Shown here piece by piece: positions 35,245 to 54,618 of a DNA stretch of 64,000 nt. The notes below the pieces were generated by a model, which saw only the letters and a list, made by a program, of their open reading frames with translations, made no database searches and was not told the origin of the DNA. Position 1 is the first letter of the stretch, and each line of letters starts with the position of its first letter. Source of the DNA: Macrostomum lignano (lineage: Eukaryota); the NCBI GenBank assembly GCA_002269645.1, contig NIVC01000195.1, forward strand, positions 62,001 to 126,000. The letters run 5' to 3'. The translations under genes and the position numbers were made by a program.

Positions 35245-36824
35245 TTTTTTCCAGTTTTCGGTACAGGGACGACGGACTTTTTACGATTTTTCCTTGTGAG
35301 CTTCGATTTTTTGTGCCTAAAATGCCAAACCAGAAGAAAGCTTGAAGGTTGGCCTCATGATTTCTTAATTTCCGTAGGCAACAATAGAAATAGCTTATTA
35401 CAATACAGTTGCTTAGCTGTAATGTAATGTACAGTTGGTAATAAAAATAAACTTCTGAAAGCATTTGAGAAAATTAGATAGCAAATTGCACAAATAATCA
35501 TTATTAAATTTCATCATAATCAATAAAGATGACCTATATTTTAGCGCATGACATCACATCAACATTACCTTTCCTCTCGCACTCCGGTTTACTGCATCAG
35601 ATGTGTTTTGGTGTTCCAAATGTAAATTTTAGAATATTGAGTTCTCCTCTCCACAGAATGCAGCATTGTTTTTATTATTTACTGAATTTCTCCTGTATTT
35701 TTTCAGGATTTATATCTTAATTAGTAGAAAAGCTATCATTAAAGCTTAATTATTTTGGTGACTTGGCCTTGCTATTGATGTTGCTTAACATGCATTTTTC
35801 TTCTACATGTTTTGAGACTTCTCAGTTCTCATGCCTAAATTTTATATTTGAAAAACTACTGCTCACAGACTGATATATATGCCCCCTGTTTTGATTTATC
35901 CCCTTCATCCCCTGAGACCCCAAGTGATGGACCTGGATGGGATCTCTAGGCGACTGTAGTCAACTTGTCCAACCATACATGAACAGCTATCGATTCCAGT
36001 CGGTTTTGGTTCCGGAATTGTTTTGGGCTCCATTTCATCTCCTAAGTTGCCTTTGCTTATACATGTATTATGGGCAGCCTTACATAAACGAAGATTTACT
36101 AGACATGTGCCAATGCGCTCAGCCTAAACTACATGTATAATGTATAATTAGGTACGCTTTCACGTGCACTGGTTCGGCCGGAGACAGGCGCGGCGGCGTA
36201 AGAAGAAAAATATTGGGCACAAGACATGGTCAGACTCTGATAATTTTGGATGGCAAAGTCTAAACGGAGATTAAAGGCTAAATTTGCTATATTATCATTA
36301 TTTGACGTAACACGCGGGCTGCATGAAAACACCTGTGCAACCCCTGGGCTCTGGTACTGAAAGGTACAGCCGCTAGGCCTCGTCCCCTAGACTTTGTACG
36401 CCTCTGGATGGTGCAGTTGCTGGACGTTGCGGCCAAGATCCGATAGGGTTGTTTGAAGGTACACACCAGAAGCGCGGCCGTCACCAGTCACCTGTGCAGG
36501 AGTGCACCCGGTAAAAACTCCCACTAACGAGACGGGACTCCCGGTCTGTAACAGACGAAGGTTATTGACCCCAACTGTAGAAATGTTCGATTATTAAGGG
36601 ACTCGATGCTAGTCATACAAAGTACAGTCTAGTCAGTGCGGGAAGCGAGGGCTTTTGCTTTTGGCTGTTGATTCTCTCCATTCGGCTCTGCGTCTCCAGT
36701 CGTCCGAGTTTTGTTTGCTGTTTTTCTTTTTCCAGCCTTCCCCTACGGTATCGTGCGCCTTCTACCTGCCGTGTTCTCTCTCCTTTTCTCCATTGTTGCC
36801 TGTGCGCTTAATGCCTACTTAGTC

Positions 36825-39775
36825 TTGACTTACTTGACTTAGCTGCAGGGGGCGTCCGGCGGATGCAGCGGGGAGGCGGAGGAGACCGCCCATTCCGCTA
36901 GCCCCTGGCGACCAATGACTTCCGTTGAAGTGAAGTCGCTCAGGGGGACCCGTCGGTCTCGCCTGCAGCGCGATCCTCCTCACCGACAGTGGGGAAGAAA
37001 TCGGCTCGTCCCGTGTCCCTGAGGTACCGGGCGAGCAGCGGGATGCTCTCGGGCCTGCAAACGTCGGAGAGAACCGGGTTTGGCCCGAGGGTGAGTAAGC
37101 CTGGCCCTGGTGAAAACCGGGCAGTGGCAGATAAAATGCTCGGCGTTTTCAGTGCCTGAGCGGCAGAAGGGGCACCGCTCCTCGGGTACCTGGCCCTGAA
37201 GGAAGCGGTGGCGAGAGAAGCAGCCATGCCCGGAGAGAGCCATGCTAACTGCTCTGAGGTCTCTGCGGTTGAGCCTGAGGAGGGCTCTACGCAGGAGAGG
37301 GGAGGGGCAGGGGACGGCCGCCCGGGATTGCCTACAATTCCGGGTGTCGTGCCACCTGCGGAGATGCTCGGAGTCAGCCCAGCGCTTAACGCGGGAGTTG
37401 ATCACCGAGGCGGGGATGGGGGCCCCCAGGCCCGGCCCCAGCAGCGCGCCGGCGGAGCCAGCCTTGGCCAGCAGGTCGGCGTGCTCGTTGCCGAGGAAAC
37501 CGGCGTGGCCCGGGATCCATCTGAGCTCTACCTGGTTGCCTAGCGCAAGCCCGTTGAGCTGGGTGTTGCAGTCCAGGACGGACCTGGAGCTGGTGGTGCA
37601 GCGGCAGAGGGCCCGAAGGGCTGCTTGGCTGTCAGAGTGAAAAATAAGCTTCCGACCGCTAAGCTGCCTTCGGCGCAGTTCTGCCGCGCAGGAGCTGATG
37701 GCAAGCACCTGGCTCTGAAAAACACTGGAGTTGAGCCCAGTGTGCTGGGAGTAGTTCCACGCCACTTCTCCCTTGAAGAAGACGCACGCTCCGAAGCCTG
37801 AAAGACCATGCTTCATAGAGCCGTCAGTGTAACAGTGGACTTCAGAATCGCTCCAGCTGTCACTCGCCTCATGTCGAGGCTGAATAGTGACCTTATACCC
37901 TTGGCTCAGGAGAAGGGTGGCTGGAATCGAGTCCGAGAGGATGTTGAGCCCGCCACATTCTTCTAGAGCCTTGAGGCAGAGGTCAGAGTGCGGGATAAGC
38001 GACCGCTTCTTAAAGGCCCGCACTTTCTTGAAGGCCACCCCAGCATCCAGAAGACGCCGGGTGCTCTTCGCCGCCTCTCCTTTGATATAAATATCCAGAG
38101 GAGGGGTGCAGAGGAAGGCATTCATGCCTTCAAAAGGAGTAGAGGGTGGAGCGCCCATAGTCATGCGGCAGGCTCTGCCCTGGATTTTGTAGAGAGCGTC
38201 GAGGTTACTCTTGACGCCCAGACCGCTAGCCCACACGAGGCTGGCGTAACTGATCGAGGGGCGGATGATTGCAGTGTAAATCCACCACAGCTTCCTGGGG
38301 TGAGCCCCCAGGTGGTGCCCACGGCGCGCCTGATCTGAGCCAGGACAGCCAGGGCTTTTTTAGCTTTAGTTTGAATGTGCGGAGTCCAGTTGAGCCTGTG
38401 GTCCAGAGTGAGGCCCAGGCAGCGGACCTGCTTCTCCATGGAAATGTTCTTTCCATAGAGGGTGAGGGGCTTAATGGTCCAGAGCAGTTTGTTGGTAAAC
38501 ATGACCGCTGTGGTTTTCGACTCTGAGAGTCTAAGACCACATTGGTTTGCCCAACGCTCCGCTCGTCCCAGAAAGCCCTGCAGAAGATCTCTGATGGTGT
38601 CAACCGAGGGGCCCGCGCAGATCGCGGTCACGTCATCGACATAGCCCACCTTGAGAATGGGGTCGTGGAGATCACTGCAAAGCAGCTCATCCATGACCAT
38701 GTTCCAGAGAACGGGGGTGAGAACTCCGCCCTGGGGGCCCCCTTTTTGGACAGGCGCCGAAAGAGAGCTGCCGTTCAGGTGGGCCACAACAGTGCGGTTC
38801 CGGATCATGAACATGATCCACCGGACAAGGTGAGGGTGCGTGGCCCTGGATTCCAGGGCTCTGCAAAAGGCCTCGAAGATGACGTTGTCGAAGGCCCCCT
38901 TAATGTCCAGAAAAAGCGAGAGGGCAAAGCCGCTGCCAAGAACGGCCCTCTCTAGGAAGTCAACAATGACATGGAGGGCACTCTCGGTAGACCTGCCCGC
39001 GCGGAAGGCGTGCTGGTTCTGCGAGAGTGGGAAGCGCTTCAGCTCGACTGAAAGTAGGCGCCAGAGCACCAGTCTCTCGAGGAGCTTGAGGCAGAAAGAA
39101 GTGAGGCTGATAGGCCTGAAGGCCTTCACCGATTGGTAATCGCTCTTTCCAGGCTTGGGGATAAAGACCACCCGGGCCTCTCTCCACGCAACTGGTACAT
39201 AGCCCAGTTCCACACAAGCTCGGAGGAGACGACAGAGGAGGTCCAGAAAGCGGTGGTTTTTCACCGCCTCGTGTAAGAACGCTGGGTAGATGCCGTCGGG
39301 CCCAGGCGCCTTGAACGGGTTAAAGGACCTTGCCGCTCTAATAATGCGGTCTTTGGTGATTATAGACTTTGCTAGGCCTTGCCCTCCCACTGTGTGGTCA
39401 GGCGGGCCCTGCTGAGTCGGAGATTTAGGGAAGAAACTGTTGAGCATTAGCTCCAGAGTCTCTTCAGAGCTCCCTGTGACCGAGCCGTCAGGTCTCTTAA
39501 CAACAGAGAGTTTAGAAAAACGGTCATTCGTGAGTGCCTTAACCACGCGGGCTACGGGGCGAGAGCCCTCAAGCCCTTCGCAGTATTGGCGCCACTTGGC
39601 CGTCTTGGCCCTTCTGACTTGGCCCTTAAACTCGTGGATCGCACGGGTATAGACCTCTCTGTCAGATGGGTCTTTGGTTTTGAGCGCTCGCCTTTGGAGG
39701 GTCCTGGCTCGGCGCCGAAGGGCCCCGAGTTCTGGGTTCCACCAGGGAGCAGATTTCTTGCCTTTATAGGCGTGC
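36825..39775 (-). mobile_element. 5'-truncated non-LTR retrotransposon (I group, LOA/R1-like): RT, RNase H, zinc knuckle
   Basis: KAPGPDG, FRPISL, LFLDIKGAFD, PQGGVLTP, YVDD; RNase H YTDGS, SDSQAAL, WIPGHAG, GNEHADLLAK; CPFC...EH..CHC. One 1-bp frameshift near 38296; GTCAAGTAAGTCAA tail. Confidence 0.92.
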
Positions 39776-40279
39776 ATGTAATTATACAGACTATGTGATT
39801 TATGAGGTCAGTCCTTAGACCACTCCGGTGTCTGCGGTAACAAAACAATAGAGGGATCCTTTAGCTGGTGAGCGATTCTAGACTACAATTCCCTCCTAAG
39901 TCACAAGATCCCAAGGCCATTTTAATGTCTTTCCTCCTAGAGCTTGGGTTCGATGCAGCAGGGGTTGGGGAAGTGCAGGTCCCAGAGCTCTCTCGTGGTG
40001 CACATCTTACGGGGACTTATTTAGAAGTATTGATACTGCTACATAATTACTTGGTTGAATTAGGCTCATTCTCGGTGATCTTCTACTCTGATCCTAGCTC
40101 GGCTTCTATTCCATGCCCTGAGACAGATGCACTCTCTACTCACACTTCATGCCACGACTCATGTTAAATAAGTAAACAGACAGCAGCAAACGAGCTGAAT
40201 GGCTAATGCCCCAAGTTACTGGCCCTAAACTTAGCCCTAACAATTCGGTTTACTATGAAAGCGGAATAAATTAAGACAG

Positions 40280-43200
40280 AATATTAGGAGATAGTGAGCA
40301 ATGGGGCGGAAGAGACCGGGCTAACGCGAGCCGACATCCGACAAGGGATGGAACCTGCGCGCAGGTCAGAAGCGTCAAGTGCCGCCGAAGCTCCTTGCCA
40401 CTCCCGTGGCGGGACCTCTGCCCGTGTGGAAACTCCCACGGCCGCGGAGGGATCCAAAGCGGAGGGTGCTGGCCAAATCACTAAGCCAAAGCGCACCTAT
40501 GCGGCTATGGCCAAGAGGCAGCCGGCCCTGATCATCCAAGGCCAGGAGACGCCTCTCACGGCCGAACAGCTCGACCAAATGTGGCGCAGGTTGGACTCCC
40601 ACCTGGTCAAGATGACCTTGAGCAGTACCGCTATTCAAGTCCAAAAGACGAAAGTCGAGGACCAAGCCCTTCATATCCAGCCCGCCGACAGCCAGTCTGG
40701 GCAGCAGCTCCTCGAGATGCTGAAAGCCTTCGACTGGGGTACGGAGCTGGAAAACCTGTTTATCTACAGGGAGGACGAGCGACCCAGGACGCACTGGCAC
40801 CGTGCCTGGATTTCGGCTCGCAGTTCCATCACCAAGGCCGACGAGCTGCGTCGCCTGCTACTGGCTACCAACCCGGAGCTGCCGGCCAATGGCGTCGTAG
40901 TTCACGAGACCATCTCCAAGCCGGGCGGAGACGGTTTCACGGCTATTCTCGGACTGTCGGATAGCTGGATGCTCCGTTATCCGGACATGTCCCTTATCTC
41001 TGTCGGGCTGATGCAGATTCAGCTCTTTAGCTTTGAGTCTGACGCCACCAGCCCACCGCCCCCGGAGAAGCGTAAGCGGGCGAGCGGGGGCTCTGCCGGG
41101 CGGAAACGCCCAGGAAAGGAAACTCCCGTTCGTCACGACCCCTCCGAGGACGTGGACCCCGTGAGGGGGGAAGCCGCGAAAGCTGCAGCAACAGGCGGAC
41201 GTGGAAACGGCCGGAAACCCGCCCGGAACACTATCCGCTCTGGTCTGACTCAGCGCGCGAAGCAGCTGCTGGACACCACCAAGGCCAACAACCGCAGCAA
41301 CCCCCAGCCCAGTGTCACCACTGCGCCCCCCCCCTGGAAAACCTGGAGGCAGCCCTCCTGCACAACTTGCCCTGAGCCGGCAGGAAGCTGCACGGACCAC
41401 TCGTGGAATCCTCGGAGTGGACATCCTGCTGCTTAACCTGCACCACTGCATCGCGGCCTCGACCAACCTGATGCAGGTGGCAAGCTTCGTGAAACCGGGC
41501 ATCATCCTACTTCAGGAGCCCTGGGTGAAGAAAGGTAAGATTCCGAATATCTCTGCTGGTTTGGACTGTTTTCAGGACCCTTGAAACTCCAGAGCAGCCA
41601 TTTTCGTGTCTATCCATCTCAAAGCTTGGCACAGACCGGACCTCTCTGGCAGAGACCTCTGTGTCATTCAGTCCAACCACATAATCACCAACCGCACGGT
41701 CATCATCGCCTCGATTTATAGCCCTGGCGATGGCCCCGCGGTTCCACCCAACCTCACCTCCCTTGTGAACTACCGCTCTAACCGCAGGTTTGAGCTGCTG
41801 GTGGCGGGCGACGTCAACGCCCACCACACCCACTGGGGCAGTAATACCTTCAACAGCAGAGGTGAGAAACTCCTTTCTTACATCTGCACCACCAATACTG
41901 AGTTTTGCAACATTGGTGAAACCCCCACCTTTGACAACGGGCGATGGACGGAGGCCGTCGACGTAACCCTCGTCTCACACGGTTTGGCTCCTCTGGTCAA
42001 GGACTGGGAGGTGTGAGACAAAGAGGAGTCTCTGTCTGACCATCGCTTTGTTCGCTTTCGATTGCAATCCTCTTGCCCCAAACCTAACACCCTGTGGAAA
42101 AGGAACGTCCGGAACACTGACTGGACGGCTTTCGCTGAAAACCTGAAATGCCAGACAGATCCTCTTGCCACCGTCGCTTGCCACCGACCACCGTCGCTCC
42201 AACCACCTGTCAGGAAGTGGATGACCTTGCAGACTTGCTCAGCAAGACCGTCCTGACAGCCCACGAGGCCTCCTGTCCTCTTAAAGCCTACAAAGGCAAA
42301 AAATCCGCCCCTTGGTGGCCCCCGGCGCTTGGATCCCTCCGGCGCAAGGCAAAGTGCCTCCAACGGAAAGCTCGCAAGAGCAAGTACCCAGTTGACCTGG
42401 CCGCCTATCAAGACTATCATGTTCACCAGCCGCCTCTGGTGGATCTACACTGCCATTGTTATACCGGCCATCTCCTTCGCCGGCTTCATTTGGAACAGCC
42501 CTAGAGGTGAAAGGGGTTCTTGAGGCTCTTAACAGGGTGCAAGGCCGCGCATGTCGAGCTATCATGAGCGCGGCTCCCTCTACGCCCTTCGCTGGCATGA
42601 ACTCCTTCCTAGACATCCCCCCTTCGATCTCTTTGTCAGAGGGGAGGCAATGAAGACCACCCGCCGTCTGCTTGACGCAGGTGTCCTAATCCAGTAGGTG
42701 AAGGCGATTACCCTCCACTAGGACAGTCAAGCGGCGATCCATGCCCTTGAGCGCACCACCACCTGCTCGCGTACAGTCCTTGACTGCATCGGGCAGCTCA
42801 ACCGCTTAGGCGCCTCCAACAAGGTGTCTTTAAGGTGGATCCCCGGGCACTCTGGCCACCCCTTCAACGAGTTGGCCGATCGCCTGGCCAAGGCTGGCTC
42901 GACCGGTTCTTTTACTGGTCCCCTGCCCGTGGCCCCCACCCCCACCGCCGTTGTCACCACTCGGATCAACCAGTGGGTGGCTTCTTAGCACAGGGAGAGG
43001 TGGGCTAACGCCCCCGACTGCCGGCAATCCCGCGCGGCTGTCCCCTGTCCTTCCTCCGCCCTGCGCAGGGCCCTCCTTGGACTCAACCGCAAGGACATCA
43101 GGCCGGTGACCATGGCCCTATCCGGTCATGGCTGTTTTGCCAGGCATCGCTACCTCCAGGGAAAAATCCAGGGAACGCCCATTCTGCCTCTCCGGTGTCG

Positions 43201-43489
43201 AGAATGCGGAGCACATCATCTGTGAATGCCCCACCTTTACTCTGGTCAGGCTCACCTACCTCGCCCCAAACCCGGACCTCTCCGACGTTTTCAGGCCCGA
43301 AAATCTCATCCGCTACCTAAGGGCTACCGGGCGAGCGACCATCCACCTCCTGGACTCTCCGGAGGGGGACCGCGCTGCGGACGCCGGCACCACCGGAAAT
43401 CCCTGCGCGACACCTATAGCTGCCCGTGGTCGCCAGGAGTTAGCGAAATGGGCGGCAACGCCTCCCTGCAGCTAGGTCAAGTAAGTCAA
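40280..43489 (+). mobile_element. Internally deleted non-LTR retrotransposon of the same family: ORF1, APE endonuclease, RT missing, degraded RNase H
   Basis: ORF1 40294-41436; endonuclease motifs NLHH, LQEPW, SIYSP, GDVNAHH..WGS, PTF, VDVTL, SDHR with stops and frameshifts. Sequence jumps from AAYQ (~42414) to LWWIYTAIV. The 3' tail matches the neighbouring element. Confidence 0.88.
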
Positions 43490-43758
43490 CGCGACCCAAG
43501 AGCAGCGCAAAAGAGGAAAAATACACGAGCGTACCTTGACAGACGCGGCCGACGAGCAGAGCTGCTTGGCGCGGTGGTCGTCGGATAGTCACGGCGGCGG
43601 CTGCAGTTACGGGCGATCCGAAAGTCTCGGATTGGGGTGGGTGTTAGGGGATGTCGCAAACGATGGGAAGGAAAGGACAGTTAGCGGGTGCTTATTGGGG
43701 AGATCCTGAGGATCTAGGCGAAATCAAAGTATTTAGGGACGAGAATCGGTCCGGGGTT

Positions 43759-43992
43759 TCATAAACTCGAAAATTTCACGTCGAAAACACCTTCCAGCTT
43801 CACAAAGTCAAAAGCTCACGAGGTCGAAATTTCGAACTTGTGAAAGTGGCTCCTATGACCTATATGAGTTTTCAACCTTGTAAAATTTCGACCCTTGCTA
43901 GAATTTTCGATGTTGTAAAATTTTACCATGTGAAATAATTTGCTTTTCGACCTTGTGAAATTTCGACCATGTTTCGACCTTCGACCCACCCC
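43759..43992. mobile_element. Possible MITE with imperfect inverted termini, rich in TCGAAATTTC motifs
   Basis: GGGGT...ACCCC ends and inverted TCGAAA(A)TTTCAC..GTCGAAAA blocks; no TSD found. Confidence 0.3.
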
Positions 43993-44139
43993 AGAGAAAA
44001 GGTGGAAACAGTTGCCGATTCGGGTGCTGAGTTTCTCAAGGAAGGTTCGGTCTCGCGAGAAAACACACGAACAACACAAGGGACCGAAGACCAGAACAGC
44101 AAAGCATAAAGGGTAAAGGATAAGGTAAAGGTTGCTGCT

Positions 44140-44780
44140 CGTTGTTGTTGTTGTTAAACGAGGGTGGGAAGCCGGGGGAAACCTGCGGATCAGCCCAGGG
44201 AAGGGCTCTGCCGCTGAGGGGCACTACCAGGGGCATATAGCCCGAGATACCCGTCTGATTGGACCCTGACGTCGGGGCCAGGCGAAATTTGGATGCTACT
44301 AACCCAAGCCTTATGGACTAAGACACCGCCAACCCAACCCGCGGAATCAGGGACGGTGCAAGGACCGAGTCCACCCAAGCCACCACCCAACGACAAAACT
44401 TGAGTGTGTGCGAAAAGAATTGGAAATTTTAAGAAGCAGTCCGAGAGTGGGGAGACCCCAAAGTCTACGGAAAAGGCTTTAGATTGGAGCGAGTCTGGGC
44501 AGCTTATTTACCAAGGGCGAGTCTCCTATCAGGAGTAAAATTAGACAAAACCTCCTATACTCGTAGGGCTCCAAACCTCAAGGCTTTTTCACCACCCAGC
44601 TCTAAACACTGTTTGGATAATATAAGGTCCGAGAGAGGGATTACCTTAGTCTCGGAAGGGCCGGCCAAGGGGGGGGAGGGGCACAAGGGGCAAGAGGAAA
44701 CCGGACTCAGCCGGTTTTCCCCGATTCAGGACGAACATCCAGCCCAGGACTCCAATCCACTGTCAGTGATGAGAGCCTAG
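44140..44780 (-). mobile_element. Possible 3' end of a retroposon with an (AAC)n tail
   Basis: Minus-strand GTTTAACAACAACAACAAC at ~44140-44158 preceded by GC-rich non-coding sequence; no clear ORF. Confidence 0.3.
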
Positions 44781-45346
44781 ACACAATAAGCAGGGAGACA
44801 ACCAGAGGAGCCAGCAGGTGGTTGCTGCTCAGGGCTCAAAACAGGCTCCTATTTATAACCCTGAGATTAACCCTGCGATCACGTGAGCATGATGCGCGAC
44901 ATTGAAGACCGTGAACTGACGTACTTGACCTCCGTTACCAAGCAACCCTGATGACGCCACCCGCCAGCCGCGCTGTGATTGGACAAAAATTTGGGTTGGG
45001 TAGCAGCGGAGAAAGATGATTTATGATGGGGATTGCATGTACGCAACAGGCGGAGAAAAGCTTGGGGAGATAGGGGGCCAAAGCTTTTGCACGCATGATT
45101 GATTTCAAACAATAGAAAGGTGGGATTAAGTTTTGCGCTGGGGAGTGGGGCGGGCGATAAGCATGAGCATTGAGTCACAGGGGAGGGATGGTGCGCAAAA
45201 ATAAGTGGGGAGCCCGGGACGTGTTTACATCATATTGATGTGATTGAAATATTGGGAAGGCTATGCCCCCCACCCTCAATAAAATTATTGGGTAGCAATT
45301 GTCCACACTGCCCCCCGTCTCCGTCGCGCCTAGCCGGAGACGATAT

Positions 45347-46471
45347 CAAGGACTACTTAAGAACACAGGACGTTACACTTGCAAATATTGGCAGAATTCT
45401 AAAAGGCCGCTTAAAGGCCGCTTTGAATGTATGCTTACCTATGGTTTTAGTGGCCTTTTTGCTTAGCTATTTCGCAAAGCAGCGTAGCATGATTCTCATA
45501 ACCCACAAGTCTAGCTTAGAGCACCAAGCAGAAGATCGCAAACAGCTCACTTCTCTGTGTTCTCTGGATCTTTGATTTCTTTCTTCAATTTAAATTGTCA
45601 ATTGAGTTATACAAGATGCCGACGAAGTGTTGCGTTCCAGGCTGCACCAGCAACTACAAAAGCGGTAAAAGGTGCACCGTGTATACTTTTCCGAAAGAGG
45701 AGGCTGAAATTGACTCCTGGATGAAGGCTTTGCCCATTGCAGCTAAGGTAAGGTAACGTTTTATGCATTCTGGTATTTCCCATTTCGTCTCGAAGCATTA
45801 ATTAAATCGCTCGACTCGTATTGCAGAAGGCTACGGCGTACATGGGCGTATGCCGCAAGCAATTGGCCGGATGATGCTAGAATGAAGCAAGCCGGGCGTC
45901 ACATGCGACCTATCGACCCTCCATCTGTCTTTCAAGGCTGGCCATCCAGTAGCTTACGGCTTTCTGTTTCCAGTAAGTGTTCAATAAAAGTGCATTTGAA
46001 ATATGAGTTATCTTTTTAATGTTCCAGACTGCCTATGACAAACAACATTTTGCATTGTAGAGCGCTCAAGGGATGCCAGCCAACGAGGAGGCGTTCTGCT
46101 TGCTGATAGAGCATGGGCTTTTGCTGACGAGATCGTTGCATTCAATGCCATCGACAAGATTTTGTGCTGGGCCCAGTTAATTTCTGGTATCTGTTATTAC
46201 TCTTGGCTTCGTGACCTCTGGAGGGTGGTTAGTACAGCGACGTACATGAACATCGAGTAGATTATCTTTTCATTTGTGATCGCATATAAACATGCATATA
46301 AAAAGCTCTATTCATTAGACTTTAATTTCTATTCATGTATTATACACATTGCTTCAAATAGCAAAAAGGCCACTAAAACCATAGACACATACATTCAAAG
46401 CGGCCTTTTAGAATTCTGCCAATATTTGAAAGTGTAACGTCCTGTGTTCTTAAGTAGTCCTTGACTCCTTG
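45347..46471 (+). mobile_element. 1125-bp internally deleted P-superfamily DNA transposon with ~110-125-bp TIRs and 8-bp TSD
   Basis: TIRs 45347-45472 and 46356-46463 begin CAAGGACTACTTAAGAACACAGGACGTTACAC. The right end carries an extra ACTCCTTG. TSD GACGATAT at 45339-45346 and 46472-46479. Internal THAP gene. Confidence 0.9.
45616..46260 (+). pseudogene. Spliced THAP-domain-only gene (~158 aa) inside the P-like element, with one extra base
   Basis: Exons 45616-45747 (MPTKCCVPGCTSNY...FPK...W..ALP), 45827-45972 (MGVCRK[H]WP...RPIDPPSVF; extra A at 45861-45862), 46061-46260 (DEIVAFNAIDKI). All junctions are GT-AG. Confidence 0.78.
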
Positions 46472-46968
46472 GACGATATTCGTGTGTATGTTACGTAAAT
46501 ACAAGCATTATTTTAGCTTTCTAAAAGTGTTTCACAATTAGCTAGCTAGAAAAAAATTGCTTTTGAGACTGGCATTTGATGCTTTACATGTACGAGGATG
46601 TAGGAAACCGCTCTATTGTGAGACCGCTCCATTTGGAGACCGCTCCATTTAGGGATTGTTTATGATAAAAGTATTTACAGATTACATATTCACAGTATAT
46701 TTTACAGTTTACAGTTATTTGCAGTTATTTACAGTATTTACTGACGTCGTATTTAATTGTATATTTAATATTTAACTTTGTTAATACTCTTAGTATTTAA
46801 TTTTTCGTTTTGATGAAATATCTGGACTTGTTTTCTAATAGAAGTCTCAGAAAAATTGAGATAACGGAGAAAATTTCAGAGAAATCTCAGTTATCGTCGT
46901 CAGTAGTTTAAGTTGACCTGGTCGCAAAGTTCTGTAGTGTGTAACAATTGGGCTATCAATAACGAATC

Positions 46969-52905
<5,937 letters not shown>

Positions 52906-52955
52906 GCCCCCGGCAGCTTGGTGAACTTTGATTGATATGAACTCCCCGTCACACT

Positions 52956-52961
52956 AATAAA
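52956..52961 (+). terminator. Likely polyadenylation signal AATAAA of MCM5
   Basis: AATAAA ~50 nt after the stop codon. Confidence 0.6.
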
Positions 52962-53514
52962 GTGCACTGTCCTTCACTGCTCCCCAACCTCTTCCTGTAC
53001 TGTAGCCGAGTTACCGTAGGCCGCACGCACCGCATCGCTGCATTTCTAACTATTAGTTAATTATTAATTTAAAACAATGACCGCTTTTTTTATCCCCCAC
53101 CAGAAATTAAACCTGTTTTTATTGCCGCATTTCTGCGCAACGCTCTGTTGAAATTTTCTGCACTTTTTATTGGCACAGTTCGCCTTTCTGCTCATTTAAT
53201 TCAATCTTATTTTTACTCTTAATAATGCAATTCAAATTCTGAATGCCGCATTTTCGCTGAACTGCAATTCGCTAATTATCATTCTATTTTTTATAATTTA
53301 TAACTTGCTTCTACAAGTTTTTGCTCGAGTCTCCGGACAGCCGCTCTGGGAGAACTGGACGCCGCCCTGACCGGCACAACAATGCGCAGTGGTCTCTTGC
53401 GTTTGCTTTGTGATTTACTATGGAAATTTGGGTGAACTGCTGCCCTGAATAACGCAAGTTTTGTCGTGCTTTACAGGAAATCATCTACCGACTCACCCTA
53501 GAAATCGTCTCTGG

Positions 53515-54618
53515 CCCACCCTGACCCACCCTGCATATAACCCATGACCCACCCTGCATATCATCCCTGACCCATCCTGCATATCATCCCTGACCCACCC
53601 TGCATATCATCCCTGACCCACCCTTCATATCATCCCTGACCCACCCTGCATATCATCCCTGACCCACCCTTCATATCATCCCTGACCCACCCTTCATATC
53701 ATCCCTGACCCACCCTTCATATCATCCCTGACCCATCCTGCATATCACCCCTGACCCACCCTGCATATAATCCCTGACCCACCCTGCATATCATCCCTGA
53801 CCCATCCTGCATATCATCTTTGACCCATCCTGCAAATCATTCATGACCTACCCTGCATATAATCCATGACCCACCCTGCATATAACCCATGACCCACCCT
53901 GCATATCATTCATGACCCACCCTGCATATCATCCCTGACCCACCCTGCATATAACCCATGACCCACCCTGCATATCATTCATGACCCACCCTGCATATCA
54001 TCCCTGACCCACCCAGCATATAATCCCTGACCCACCCTGCATATCATTCATGACCCACCCTGCATATCATCCCTGACCCACCCAGCATATAATCCCTGAC
54101 CCACCCTGCATATCATTCATGACCCACCCTGCATATCATCCCTGACCCACCCAGCATATAATCCCTGACCCACCCTGCATATCATCCCTGACCCACCCTG
54201 CATATCATCCCTGACCCACCCTGCATATAATCCCTGACCCACCCTGCATATCATCCCTGACCCACCCTGCATATAACCCATGACCCACCCTGCATATCAT
54301 CCCTGACCCACCCTGCATATAACCCATGACCCACCCTGCATATCATCCCTGACCCACCCTGCATATAACCCATGACCCACCCTGCATATCATCCCTGACC
54401 CATCCTGCATATCATCCCTGACCCACCCAGCATATAATCCCTGACCCACCCTGCATATAATCCCTGACCCACCCTGCATATCATTCATGACCCACCCTGC
54501 ATATCATCCCTGACCCACCCTGCATATAACCCATGACCCACCCTGCATATCATCCCTGACCCACCCTGCATATAACCCATGACCCACCCTGCATATCATC
54601 CCTGACCCACCCTGCATA
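53515..54618. repeat. Minisatellite, 23-bp unit (TGACCCACCCTGCATATCATCCC)
   Basis: Directly visible. Confidence 0.96.

Noticed and set aside
36060-36140. TACATGTAT direct repeats flanking ~60 bp as a possible TSD-flanked element
   Set aside because: No terminal inverted repeats inside, and the motif is common in this window.
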